This document shows, piece after piece, positions 1 to 8,809 of a stretch of DNA of 64,000 bases. The notes under the pieces are model-generated. The model did not search any database, was not told where the DNA came from, and saw only the letters and a list, made by a program, of their open reading frames with translations. How positions within the stretch are numbered: the stretch's first letter is position 1; each line of letters starts with the position of its first letter. Source of the stretch: Candidatus Aenigmatarchaeota archaeon (GTDB lineage: Archaea > Aenigmatarchaeota > Aenigmatarchaeia > CG10238-14 > SpSt-28); contig JAVYPJ010000001.1 in NCBI GenBank assembly GCA_038733315.1, positions 171,469-235,468 of the forward strand, in the 5' to 3' direction. A program made the translations under genes and the position numbers.

Positions 1-3
1 ATA

Positions 4-624
4 ATGGCAATAATTTCTGGATCCATTTTTCTAATAGGTATAATATATGCTGCTGTTTTCTCTGATTATAAAGAGAGTGAAAGGATATTAGTAGATTTGT
101 CCATATCTATTAAAAACATCATAAGAGAAGGGAACTTTATCAAAAGATATGATGAAAAGCTATCTAAAAATATTAAGAAAATAATGAAAACTCTCTATAC
201 GCATATAATGGATTACTTAAACGGACAAAAAAACTATAACAAAATTATTGAAGATATTAACCAAATTAATGAAAAAATTAATGAGTCCGATATAGATAAA
301 ATACCAAACGCTTATATAACTAGATTAAAGAATGAATTATCAAACATTGAAAAATATATAGATAGAATTAAAATGATAGCAGAAACTGAATTTGTTCCAA
401 TAGTTTTATATCTTTCTTTATCTTTGATTACAATATCTACAATAACTATTGTTCTATCTGATTTAAAAAATATTTATGTTGAGATTTTTTTCGTTATAGC
501 ATATTCATCGATTTGTTATGGTATGGTTTTTGTGACTAGAGATATGGAAAATCCATTTAAAGGAGTTGTAAAAATTTCCCTAGAACATATAAAGGATTTG
601 AAAAATTTTATTGACTCTTCTTAA
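4..624 (+). CDS. Membrane protein, DUF4239/bestrophin-like (may be 5'-truncated by the window edge)
   Basis: TM helices flank a soluble helical region; C-terminal 'RDMENPFKG' resembles the D-x-x-NPF-G motif; frame is open to the window start. Confidence 0.5.
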   Translation: MAIISGSIFLIGIIYAAVFSDYKESERILVDLSISIKNIIREGNFIKRYDEKLSKNIKKIMKTLYTHIMDYLNGQKNYNKIIEDINQINEKINESDIDKIPNAYITRLKNELSNIEKYIDRIKMIAETEFVPIVLYLSLSLITISTITIVLSDLKNIYVEIFFVIAYSSICYGMVFVTRDMENPFKGVVKISLEHIKDLKNFIDSS

Positions 625-1639
625 ACATTTCCGTTTTTATCGTTTTTCTTATTTCCTCTATAAAATCACAAACCTCCTTTACATGACAGTATGGACAAAC
701 AACCTTTCTAAAATTTGGAAGATTACTCATTTGTGGAATTCTACCATAAGCTAAAACTTTCTTAACGCTTCTTAACAAATTTTGGACCATTCTTTTATCT
801 TCTTCGCCTATTCTAATTCTATACATTTTTCTATTATTCAAGCTTAATAAAATAACTTCATTTATTTCTCTTCTAAAGAAACTCTCCACTACAAAAACCT
901 CTCCAGCAAGTTGTATTTTCAATCCTTTTTTTATCTTTTTTACATTTGTTTTAATTTCGATGGGTAATATTTTTCCATCCTTAGTTATTACTATCATATC
1001 TGGAGTGCCCACCACACCATGTTTTATTGAAATTAAAAATGGTTCTGAAAATACATATCTCAAATTCAATTTTTTAAGTAAGTTATTTAAAGAAAATAAA
1101 ACCTTGGTTATTTCATCTTTGTTCATCTTTGTTTTACCTCTATATTCTTTCAGAACATCTTCACTTACAAGAGATATTAAAGTTTCTAAATTATCTATAT
1201 ACCTATTATAATTTTTTATAAAATTACATATAGATTTATGTAGAACTTCCCCTTCAAAACTTTTTTCTGATTTCTTTTGTTTAGAATGTGTAACCTTTTC
1301 TAGGAAAAATCTTCTTTGACATTGAAAAAATTTTGAAATTTCTAGAGGAGTTAAAAATACTTTTCTTGAAAGATTTTCAACTCTTTTTTTTAAATATTCT
1401 AGCAATTCGTTTATATATTCCTTAGAGAATTTTTCTGATTTATGAATTTCGTTGTTTATTGAAGATATTTTTTCGTCCTTAGACAATTTTTGTAGTAAAA
1501 GAAAGAGTATATCTGTTATATAAATTTCGTTATTCAAAAAATTTAAAATTATATCGTCTATTGTTTTTTTACCGACAAAATCGATTTGTTCTATAGATTT
1601 TAACAAAACCTCGTCACTTATATCTATTTTTAATTTCAT
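608..1639 (-). CDS. Solo Cas4/Dna2-like PD-(D/E)xK nuclease with 4Fe-4S cysteines and an N-terminal extension
   Basis: FQCQRR...G.VLH...GTPD...IEIK...Q...CPYC..KEVC gives the 1+3 Cys pattern and RecB-type motifs. Confidence 0.8.
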   Translation of the reverse strand: MKLKIDISDEVLLKSIEQIDFVGKKTIDDIILNFLNNEIYITDILFLLLQKLSKDEKISSINNEIHKSEKFSKEYINELLEYLKKRVENLSRKVFLTPLEISKFFQCQRRFFLEKVTHSKQKKSEKSFEGEVLHKSICNFIKNYNRYIDNLETLISLVSEDVLKEYRGKTKMNKDEITKVLFSLNNLLKKLNLRYVFSEPFLISIKHGVVGTPDMIVITKDGKILPIEIKTNVKKIKKGLKIQLAGEVFVVESFFRREINEVILLSLNNRKMYRIRIGEEDKRMVQNLLRSVKKVLAYGRIPQMSNLPNFRKVVCPYCHVKEVCDFIEEIRKTIKTEMFKKSQ

Positions 1640-1790
1640 GTCTCAACCACTTATTTTTCTTTAATGATCTATTCATCATAAAATATTTTTCACATTTTGA
1701 AGAACAAAAAAAATAAATTTTTCCTGAAGACGTTACGTATAGTTTTCCAGTACCTTTTTTTAATTCAATGTTACAAAAACTACACTTCAT
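1614..1790 (-). CDS. rpl24e: 50S ribosomal protein L24e (58 aa, absent from the ORF track)
   Basis: Manual translation MKCSFCNIELKKGTGKLYVTSSGKIYFFCSSKCEKYF...KWLR; follows S28e as in the conserved operon. Confidence 0.95.
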   Translation of the reverse strand: MKCSFCNIELKKGTGKLYVTSSGKIYFFCSSKCEKYFMMNRSLKKNKWLRHEIKNRYK

Positions 1791-1993
1791 CTTTCTTCTA
1801 TTTTCTCTTCAGATTCCATTTCAACTTCTTTCAATAATATAATGTCACCAATTCTTATTGGTCCACTAACATTTCTAACAATTATAGAACCCTTTTCTTT
1901 ACCTTCTAAAACCTTACATTTTACTTGAGTTACCCCTTTAGAGCTTGCTCTTCCAATAATTTCAATAACCTCCGCTGCATATACTTCAACCAT
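1787..1993 (-). CDS. rps28e: 30S ribosomal protein S28e
   Basis: AAEVIEIIGR...QVKC...RNVSGPIRIGDII. Confidence 0.97.
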   Translation of the reverse strand: MVEVYAAEVIEIIGRASSKGVTQVKCKVLEGKEKGSIIVRNVSGPIRIGDIILLKEVEMESEEKIEER

Positions 1994-2001
1994 TTAAATA
2001 A

Positions 2002-2379
2002 CTAAACGTTTTGAGTTGTATTAGATTTAATCCAAGAAATTATTTCATCTAATAGCTTCTTTCCTTCTCCAACATCAATTACACATACACTCGCCGCAGA
2101 AACTTGAATACCGCTTACTCTTCCGAGATCTTCCTTACTTTTAACATATATATATGGCGTTTTTTTCTCCTCACATAATAATGGTAAATGAGCTACAATT
2201 TCTTCTGGATCCACATTCATAGCAATCAGAACTAATTTTGCTTGACCCCTCTCTACTGATTTAGTCACTTCATTTGTCCCTTTCTTAATCTTTCCGGAAG
2301 TTCTTGCAATCTCTACTAATTTTAGTGCTTTTTCTTGAATTTCTTCCGGTACTTCGAATTTTACGTATTTTGGAGCCAT
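2002..2379 (-). CDS. rpl7ae: 50S ribosomal protein L7Ae (K-turn binding protein); likely start at 2379 (MAPKYV)
   Basis: [39 protein letters not shown]. Confidence 0.97.
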   Translation of the reverse strand: MAPKYVKFEVPEEIQEKALKLVEIARTSGKIKKGTNEVTKSVERGQAKLVLIAMNVDPEEIVAHLPLLCEEKKTPYIYVKSKEDLGRVSGIQVSAASVCVIDVGEGKKLLDEIISWIKSNTTQNV

Positions 2380-2416
2380 AGAAAATATAAAATACAAAAA
2401 ATATTTATATTAATTT

Positions 2417-2977
2417 CTATCTATTAGAATTAAAACAAGAGGATGTTGAGAGTATATTATCAATTATATTAGATAATGTTGTTTGATTCATTAAATTCCT
2501 ACATTTCCAACTATCGCTATTCAATCTTTGAACAATTCCATTGGCATTTTCGCTAACAGAGCCATTAATAATACTGTATTCATAGAAACCGTTCTTACTT
2601 CTAACTCTAAATATTGAGTTATCTAAGCTGTCTATTTTTTCACAAGACACTTCACTTGTTTCTATATAACTTCTTGTTGTACTTTCCTTAGTTTCGAATA
2701 AGTATGTTATGTTAGGTAGCTTGTATAAAATCTTTACATAATTTGAGGATACAATTAACTCTATTTCAGACCCTGGATTCAATATCTTTTCAACACAATG
2801 AGTAGAATTTAATATTTTAAAATAGTTGCCTGGCTCTGTATAACTAGAATTTGTAAAAGTAGGTAATAGTTGCGAATTTAAGAAGTTTCCAAAATTATCC
2901 CTGGCAGAAAAATAAATACTAGAGAATGTTAAACCCCCAAAGATTAAATAAAAGATTATGTCCTTTAATGATAGCAT
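2417..2977 (-). CDS. Hypothetical membrane-anchored or secreted protein
   Basis: N-terminal hydrophobic helix, several N-x-S/T sequons, 4 Cys. Confidence 0.55.
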   Translation of the reverse strand: MLSLKDIIFYLIFGGLTFSSIYFSARDNFGNFLNSQLLPTFTNSSYTEPGNYFKILNSTHCVEKILNPGSEIELIVSSNYVKILYKLPNITYLFETKESTTRSYIETSEVSCEKIDSLDNSIFRVRSKNGFYEYSIINGSVSENANGIVQRLNSDSWKCRNLMNQTTLSNIIDNILSTSSCFNSNR

Positions 2978-3036
2978 ACTTTATGATTCATATAATTTAT
3001 GAATATTTATAAATTTCTACAAAAAACTATACATTT

Positions 3037-3252
3037 ATGAAAAAAATTTTTAGTGATAATTATTTTAAAAGAGTTGCAAAAGAATTAAAAATAGAAAGAA
3101 TTTCGAAAGAAGCTGTAGAGACTATTAGAGAAATTTTACAAGAAGAAGTTTCCGAAATATTAAGAGTTTCTAACGAAATTGCAAAACATTCTAAAAGAAA
3201 TACTATATTCAAAGATGATATAAAAATCGCTATTAAAAAACTTAATTTCTGA
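3037..3252 (+). CDS. Archaeal histone (HMf-like)
   Basis: 71 aa; ERISKEA...AKHSKRNTIFKDDI histone-fold signature. Confidence 0.9.
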   Translation: MKKIFSDNYFKRVAKELKIERISKEAVETIREILQEEVSEILRVSNEIAKHSKRNTIFKDDIKIAIKKLNF

Positions 3253-3258
3253 TATTTT

Positions 3259-4308
3259 ATGAAAATTTTATTAGTATCGCCAGAATTTTTAATAAAAGAA
3301 ACTAAGGGTTTAGCGAGATATGGCTATGAAATATATTCGAGAATTAATAAAATTTACGATGTAGAGGTTGTATTTAGAAAAAAATTTCATATGGGTTTTT
3401 TAGGGTTTGTTTTTTCCCTTTTATATTCAAATATTTTAGTTTTAATAAAAGGAAGGAAATTTAATGTAATACATGCACTATCTCCTGAATTGGCTATATT
3501 AGCAGCAATATTTTATAGAAAGAAGCTTGTTGTTACTTTCCATGACCTCTTTCCTATAATATATTGGAAAAAATTAAGATATAAGATTGGTATTTTAACG
3601 TCTTTTCTTTCATTTATAGTTTGGAAAATTGCGTCAAGAGCTAAAATAATAGTAGCTGTTTCTTCATTAACCAAGCAGCAAATCGAAAAAAAACTGAAAA
3701 GAACGAATGTAAGAATAATATTAGAGGGTATAGATGAAAAAATAAAGCAGAAAAAACCTAAAAATAAATATTTGACACTATGTTTTGTAGGAGGGTATTC
3801 CTATAGAAAAAGAGTTGATATAGCAATAAAATTATTTGAAATTATTAGAAAAAAAGAAAAGGATTGCAAACTAATAATCGTTGGTGGAAGAAAAAAATCT
3901 ATATATGAATCAAACTTTTCTGTACCGAAGGATTTAAATAAAGATATAATTTTTTTAGAGAAAGCAAGCGATGAAAAATTAATAGATGTTTATAGTGAAT
4001 CTCACTTTATAATAATATCTTCTGTAGTAGAAGGTTTTTGCTTACCTATTATAGAAGCTTTAAAGTGTAACACTATACCTATTACCTTTGAATTTTCTGA
4101 AATACCGAAAGAAACTAAAGAATTATGTATAGTATGTAAAGATGTTAGAGATGCTTGTGAAAAAATCATAGACTTTTGGAAAAATAATTATAAAATGTGG
4201 CAATTTTTAAAGAAAGTTAATAAAAAAATTAAAAAATTTGATTGGAATAAAACCGTTAAAGAGTATATTAAGTTATATAAAGAAATTGCCAATTATGGGG
4301 AAAGTTGA
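3259..4308 (+). CDS. Glycosyltransferase family 4 (GT-B)
   Basis: VVTFHD, FVGG...RKRVD, EGFCLPIIEA motifs. Confidence 0.9.
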   Translation: MKILLVSPEFLIKETKGLARYGYEIYSRINKIYDVEVVFRKKFHMGFLGFVFSLLYSNILVLIKGRKFNVIHALSPELAILAAIFYRKKLVVTFHDLFPIIYWKKLRYKIGILTSFLSFIVWKIASRAKIIVAVSSLTKQQIEKKLKRTNVRIILEGIDEKIKQKKPKNKYLTLCFVGGYSYRKRVDIAIKLFEIIRKKEKDCKLIIVGGRKKSIYESNFSVPKDLNKDIIFLEKASDEKLIDVYSESHFIIISSVVEGFCLPIIEALKCNTIPITFEFSEIPKETKELCIVCKDVRDACEKIIDFWKNNYKMWQFLKKVNKKIKKFDWNKTVKEYIKLYKEIANYGES

Positions 4309-5296
4309 AGATATTATAAGAGTTATAAAGGAAAAATTTAAAGTTAGTGAAGAAAAAGTAAAAGAAGAAATTAAACAAAAACTTTATGAATTTAGCGGAT
4401 TAATTAGTGAAGAGGGTGCAGCAATTTTGGTTGCAAGAGAATATGGAATAGATATAAAAGAGTTAAAATTCTTTACACCATTAAACGAATTGATTGGTGG
4501 GATGAAAAATGTAAATGTTAGAGTAAAAGTTATTAAAATTTTTCCATTGAAAGAATTTGATAGAAGAGACGGTACAAAAGGTGTCATAAAGATTTTATTG
4601 GTTAGCGACGGTACAGATTTTGCTAGATTAGTTTTTTGGGATGAATTTGCAAAAGAAGCTGAAGAAATGAAAATAAAAATTGGAGATGTGTTAAAAGTTT
4701 ATAACATTAAAACAAGTGAAAATATTTTTGGTGAAATAGATATAGTTATAGATAAAAACAGTAATATAGAATTTGATAGCCAAGATAATTTACCGAGCTT
4801 AGATGAATTGAATGAAAAATTTGTAAAAAATAAGTATAAAAGATTAGATGGAAATTTAGATTCAATAGGTTTTTTTGAAGTGATTGGAATTATTACATAT
4901 TTATTTGGTAATAACTTTTTCTTTAAAGTATGTCCAATATGTAATAGCAAGGTTGGAAAGAAAGATGAAAAATATTTTTGTGATATACATGGTGAAATTG
5001 AACCAAAAAATGCGCTTTTCTTAAGATTTGAATTAAACAATTTTTCTGGAAATTTAAGAGTTGTTTCGTTTAAGGAAACTGCAGAAAAACTTATTGAAAT
5101 AGATAAAAGAGATTTAGAAAAAATTGAAAACTTAAAGGAATTTTTATCAAAAATGTTAATAGGTAAAATGATTAAAGTAAGGGGAAGAGCTAGAAAGAAT
5201 AAAATATTAAATATAATAGAATTGATTGCTAACGAAATAGATGTTGTTGATTTAAAAGATGAAACTATGTTATTAATTAAAAACTTTGAAAGTTAA
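4295..5296 (+). CDS. rpa: Replication protein A / ssDNA-binding protein (OB folds plus Zn finger); likely start at 4295
   Basis: [16 protein letters not shown]-terminus, OB-fold '[14 protein letters not shown]', CPIC...CDIHG finger. Confidence 0.88.
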   Translation: MGKVEDIIRVIKEKFKVSEEKVKEEIKQKLYEFSGLISEEGAAILVAREYGIDIKELKFFTPLNELIGGMKNVNVRVKVIKIFPLKEFDRRDGTKGVIKILLVSDGTDFARLVFWDEFAKEAEEMKIKIGDVLKVYNIKTSENIFGEIDIVIDKNSNIEFDSQDNLPSLDELNEKFVKNKYKRLDGNLDSIGFFEVIGIITYLFGNNFFFKVCPICNSKVGKKDEKYFCDIHGEIEPKNALFLRFELNNFSGNLRVVSFKETAEKLIEIDKRDLEKIENLKEFLSKMLIGKMIKVRGRARKNKILNIIELIANEIDVVDLKDETMLLIKNFES

Positions 5297-5298
5297 TT

Positions 5299-6255
5299 AT
5301 GGAAGAAGAAAAAATTTCTCTAAAAGATATTAAAGGAATTGGTCCTAAAACTCTCAAGAAATTAGAAGAGTTAAAAATAAATGATCCTATGATAATTGCT
5401 ACAAGTAATCCAAAAGAATTATCTATGATATTAGAAATAAGTGAAGAAAAAGCGTTAGAAATTATAAATAATGTGAGAGAAGCCTTGGGTTTTAAAGTTG
5501 AAACTGCTGATAAGGTTTTAGAGAGAAGGATGAAAATGAAAAAAATAACTACATCTTCTAAAAAATTAGATGAACTCTTAGGTGGCGGAATTCCAACGCA
5601 AGCTATAACAGAAGCTTTCGGTATGTATGGTAGTGGTAAGACTCAATTAGCTTTCCAGTTAGCTATTAATGTACAATTACCTGAAAGTGATGGTGGGTTA
5701 GAAAAAACCTGTTTGTTTATAGATAGTGAGGGTACTTTTAGTCCGGAAAGAATTCTCGAAATAGCAAAAAACAGAGGATTAGATGCTGAAAAAGTATTAA
5801 AAAATATTTATGTTGCAAGAGCTTATAGCAGCGATCATCAAGTTTTATTAATAGAAAAATCTGTTGATTTAATCAAAGAAAAAAACATTGGACTTATTGT
5901 AATTGATTCTATAACATCTCATTTTAGAGTTGATTATATGGGTAGAGGGGAATTAGCTGAGAGACAACAAAAATTAAATAAACACTTACACCAACTACAA
6001 AGATTAGCAGATGCATTCAATTTAGCAGTATATATAACTAATCAGGTAATGGCAAGGCCAGATATAATTTTTGGTGATCCAACTCAACCTGTTGGTGGCC
6101 ATGTTTTAGCACACATTTCTTTTTATCGACTATATCTTAGAAAATCTAAGCAAAACCTAAGAATTGCCAGATTAGTAGATGCTCCTAATTTACCTGAAAG
6201 AGAAGTTGTATTCCAAATAACAGAAAGAGGTTTGGAAGATTATGAAGAAAAATGA
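5299..6255 (+). CDS. radA: DNA repair and recombination protein RadA
   Basis: HhH N-terminus, Walker [28 protein letters not shown]. Confidence 0.98.
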   Translation: MEEEKISLKDIKGIGPKTLKKLEELKINDPMIIATSNPKELSMILEISEEKALEIINNVREALGFKVETADKVLERRMKMKKITTSSKKLDELLGGGIPTQAITEAFGMYGSGKTQLAFQLAINVQLPESDGGLEKTCLFIDSEGTFSPERILEIAKNRGLDAEKVLKNIYVARAYSSDHQVLLIEKSVDLIKEKNIGLIVIDSITSHFRVDYMGRGELAERQQKLNKHLHQLQRLADAFNLAVYITNQVMARPDIIFGDPTQPVGGHVLAHISFYRLYLRKSKQNLRIARLVDAPNLPEREVVFQITERGLEDYEEK

Positions 6256-6860
6256 TTATATATAGGGGAGCGGAAGCAGTTATTAGGAAAATTAATGAAA
6301 ATGAAATAATAAAAGAGAGAATAGAAAAAAAGTATAGAATAAAAGAACTTGATATTAAAATAAGAAAAGAAAGAAATAAAAGAGAAGCTAAAATATTAAT
6401 AGAATGTAAAAGAATTGGTATAAATGTTCCTAGAGTTTTAGAAATAAATGACTTTTCTATGAAAATGGAATACATCAATGGAAAAAGATTAAAAGATGTT
6501 ATAAACAACAAAAATTATAAAGAATTTGCTACTGAAATAGGGAAAATTGTTTCAATACTACATTCGAATAATATAGTTCATAATGATTTAACTCTATCAA
6601 ATCTCCTACTCTATGATAATAAAATTTATCTAATCGATTTTGGTTTGTCATATAACACAAATAAGATAGAAAAAAAAGCTGAAGATATTTTAACTCTTTA
6701 TTATTCAGCAAAATTCATAATAGGAGAAAAATTTGAAGAATTTTTTAAAATGTTTGTTGATGTCTATACTAAAAACTATTCTGAAGGTGGTAAAGTTATA
6801 GAAAGGATGAAAAAAATACTATCAAGAGGTAGGTATTCTTTGAAAAACAATGGCAACTAA
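6252..6860 (+). CDS. bud32: KEOPS kinase/ATPase Bud32
   Basis: [31 protein letters not shown]. Confidence 0.93.
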   Translation: MIIYRGAEAVIRKINENEIIKERIEKKYRIKELDIKIRKERNKREAKILIECKRIGINVPRVLEINDFSMKMEYINGKRLKDVINNKNYKEFATEIGKIVSILHSNNIVHNDLTLSNLLLYDNKIYLIDFGLSYNTNKIEKKAEDILTLYYSAKFIIGEKFEEFFKMFVDVYTKNYSEGGKVIERMKKILSRGRYSLKNNGN

Positions 6861-7122
6861 AAAAGATTTATTAAATTTTTTATTCAAAGAAAAACCTTTA
6901 AAAGTTCTTTTAGTACTATCAGATGGTCTTCCTAAAAATATAACACAAATCTACAAAAAAGTTAGAACAACATACTCACATACACTAAACATATTAAGTG
7001 TTATGTATGATTTGAACATAATAGAGTTTGAAAAAAGAGGTAGAGATAAAGTTGTGAGATTAACAAAAAAAGGTGAAAAGATTGTTGAAGCATTAAAATC
7101 CATATTATCAGATTTTCTATGA
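6850..7122 (+). CDS. Winged-helix DNA-binding protein
   Basis: NITQIYKKVRTTYSHTLNILS helix-turn-helix and EKRGRDKVVRLTKKG wing. Confidence 0.85.
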   Translation: MATKKDLLNFLFKEKPLKVLLVLSDGLPKNITQIYKKVRTTYSHTLNILSVMYDLNIIEFEKRGRDKVVRLTKKGEKIVEALKSILSDFL

Positions 7123-7214
7123 ATTTTTAGATATTTTTTATGAATATTCTTACATTTTTTATGAATATTCGCAAAATTTTTATGAATTTTCAGAATTTTT
7201 TTATGAAAAATCAG
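7111..7214 (+). repeat. Five imperfect direct repeats (core TTTTTATGAAWWWTC) with exact 21-bp period
   Basis: TATGAA cores at 7118, 7139, 7160, 7181 and 7202. Confidence 0.9.
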
Positions 7215-7499
7215 AGAATTTTTGAAAAGTTTCGGAAGTTATTTTGTATAAATGTTTTATAAAATCGTAACTTTCTTATTTAAAACATTGAGATAAGAAA
7301 GTTAGAGTTTGTGTTTTATTGTTATGTGTCTATTTCATAAACATATAGTAACAACTCTTTTATAACATTGTTATAATAAAAATTAATAAAAATGTTTTTA
7401 TTATTAATGTGTTTATATAAAGAGTGTAAAAAATAATAAATATTACTCTTCATATAATTAAACGAACTTAAATAAGAATCTTCATAAAAAATATAATTT

Positions 7500-7772
7500 A
7501 TGAAAAGAGGAAGACCATCTAAAAGGTTTGAAATATATGAATTGATTAATGAGTATTTTAAAGAGAATCCTTATCCATCGAATGTTAATAAAATAGCTGA
7601 ATTTATATTTCAGAAAAGTAATAAAAAAATCAGTTGGAATACATTAAAAAAATATTTGGAAGAATTAGTAAAGATAGATAGAATTAAAAGAATAATACCA
7701 CCTCATTCGAAAGATAGTTCCAAAACCGGTATAACCCTATATTATTTAGAAGTAAAAAAAGAAAATGAATAG
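7500..7772 (+). CDS. Winged-helix DNA-binding protein with an N-terminal KRGRP (AT-hook-like) motif
   Basis: MKRGRPSK...NVNKIAE...ISWNTLKKYLEELVK. Confidence 0.75.
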   Translation: MKRGRPSKRFEIYELINEYFKENPYPSNVNKIAEFIFQKSNKKISWNTLKKYLEELVKIDRIKRIIPPHSKDSSKTGITLYYLEVKKENE

Positions 7773-8742
7773 ATCCTTAGAATTGATTAAAAAGGGATAT
7801 TTAATTCAAGATAAAAATCTTTCAGATTTGTTATCAAAAATTAGTGACGAAGATTTTAAAAAAATATTAGATGTTTTACCAAAAACAACAGAACCAAAAG
7901 TTTTGAAAAAAGAAGATATTTTAAGATTGATGGGTAAGAATTATAACATAAAAATACTAACTCCAAAAGGTAAAGAAAAAATAACAATTACCGATGTTAT
8001 TAACATAATGAAATCGAGATTCGACTTTTTTTTACCTATTTTAAAGAAAAAATTATCTTTCTTTAATTTATTATCAATTAATAAGATTTCAAAAAAATAT
8101 AGAGTTTTTTCGATAATAGGAATTGTTTATAAAATTTACGATAATAAAATAACGTTAGAAGATATGACAGGAAAAGTAGAAGTTGTTGTTGAGGATAAAA
8201 ATCTACTAAAATACATCGAAGAAGACTGTGTAATTGGAGCTAAATGTTATTGGAATAATAATGTAATAATAGCTAATGAAATTATTTTCCCAGAATATGA
8301 GAATAACCAAGAAAAGGAGATAAACTTAGAGAAAATAAATATATTTTTCGAAAGTAGTAATTTTAAACTCGATGAAATTTTTGACATATCTATAGTTTTT
8401 TGTAATGAAGAGAATAAAATTTTAAATAATGTAGTCTATTTAAATAATAGAACTCCAATACATAGAATTCTTGTTAATGAATGTCTAATTCTTTTTATAA
8501 ACGAAAATTTTATAAAATTTGATTTTGAAAAGTTTTATAAACTCAGATTAATAAAGTCTAGTATTAATCAAACAATAAAATTTGGAGCGGATTTATTTCT
8601 AATCCAAGAAAAACCTAACATTATATTTTTATATAACTCTAACTTAAATAAGATAGAAGAAAGAAATAAAATCGTTTTAATTAATATAAAGAACAACCAA
8701 TCAAAAATTTGTATTGATTTAAAAAATAGAGAGTTTTGTTGA
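7765..8742 (+). CDS. Shrunken DNA polymerase D small subunit (DP1)-like protein lacking catalytic motifs (B-subunit-like)
   Basis: N-terminal KKGYLI; KSRF..L..IL; OB fold SIIGIV..LEDMTGKV..EDCVIG..ANEIIFP; remnant DLFLIQEKPNII; no DxH, GDxxDG, GNHD or HxH. Confidence 0.75.
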   Translation: MNRSLELIKKGYLIQDKNLSDLLSKISDEDFKKILDVLPKTTEPKVLKKEDILRLMGKNYNIKILTPKGKEKITITDVINIMKSRFDFFLPILKKKLSFFNLLSINKISKKYRVFSIIGIVYKIYDNKITLEDMTGKVEVVVEDKNLLKYIEEDCVIGAKCYWNNNVIIANEIIFPEYENNQEKEINLEKINIFFESSNFKLDEIFDISIVFCNEENKILNNVVYLNNRTPIHRILVNECLILFINENFIKFDFEKFYKLRLIKSSINQTIKFGADLFLIQEKPNIIFLYNSNLNKIEERNKIVLINIKNNQSKICIDLKNREFC

Positions 8743-8809
8743 GTGTACCTATATTTATATCCTCATTTATAGAAAAACATATAACTATACTAAAATTAAA
8801 ATAAAATTC

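Noticed and set aside
2978..3036. TTTATGAATATT in the histone promoter resembling the array unit
   Set aside because: TTTATGAA is common by chance in this AT-rich DNA and at many start codons; a single unphased copy is not evidence
7111..7214. CRISPR array interpretation of the 21-bp repeats, given a Cas4-like gene in the window
   Set aside because: The period is only 21 bp, leaving no room for spacers, and no cas1/cas2 is present
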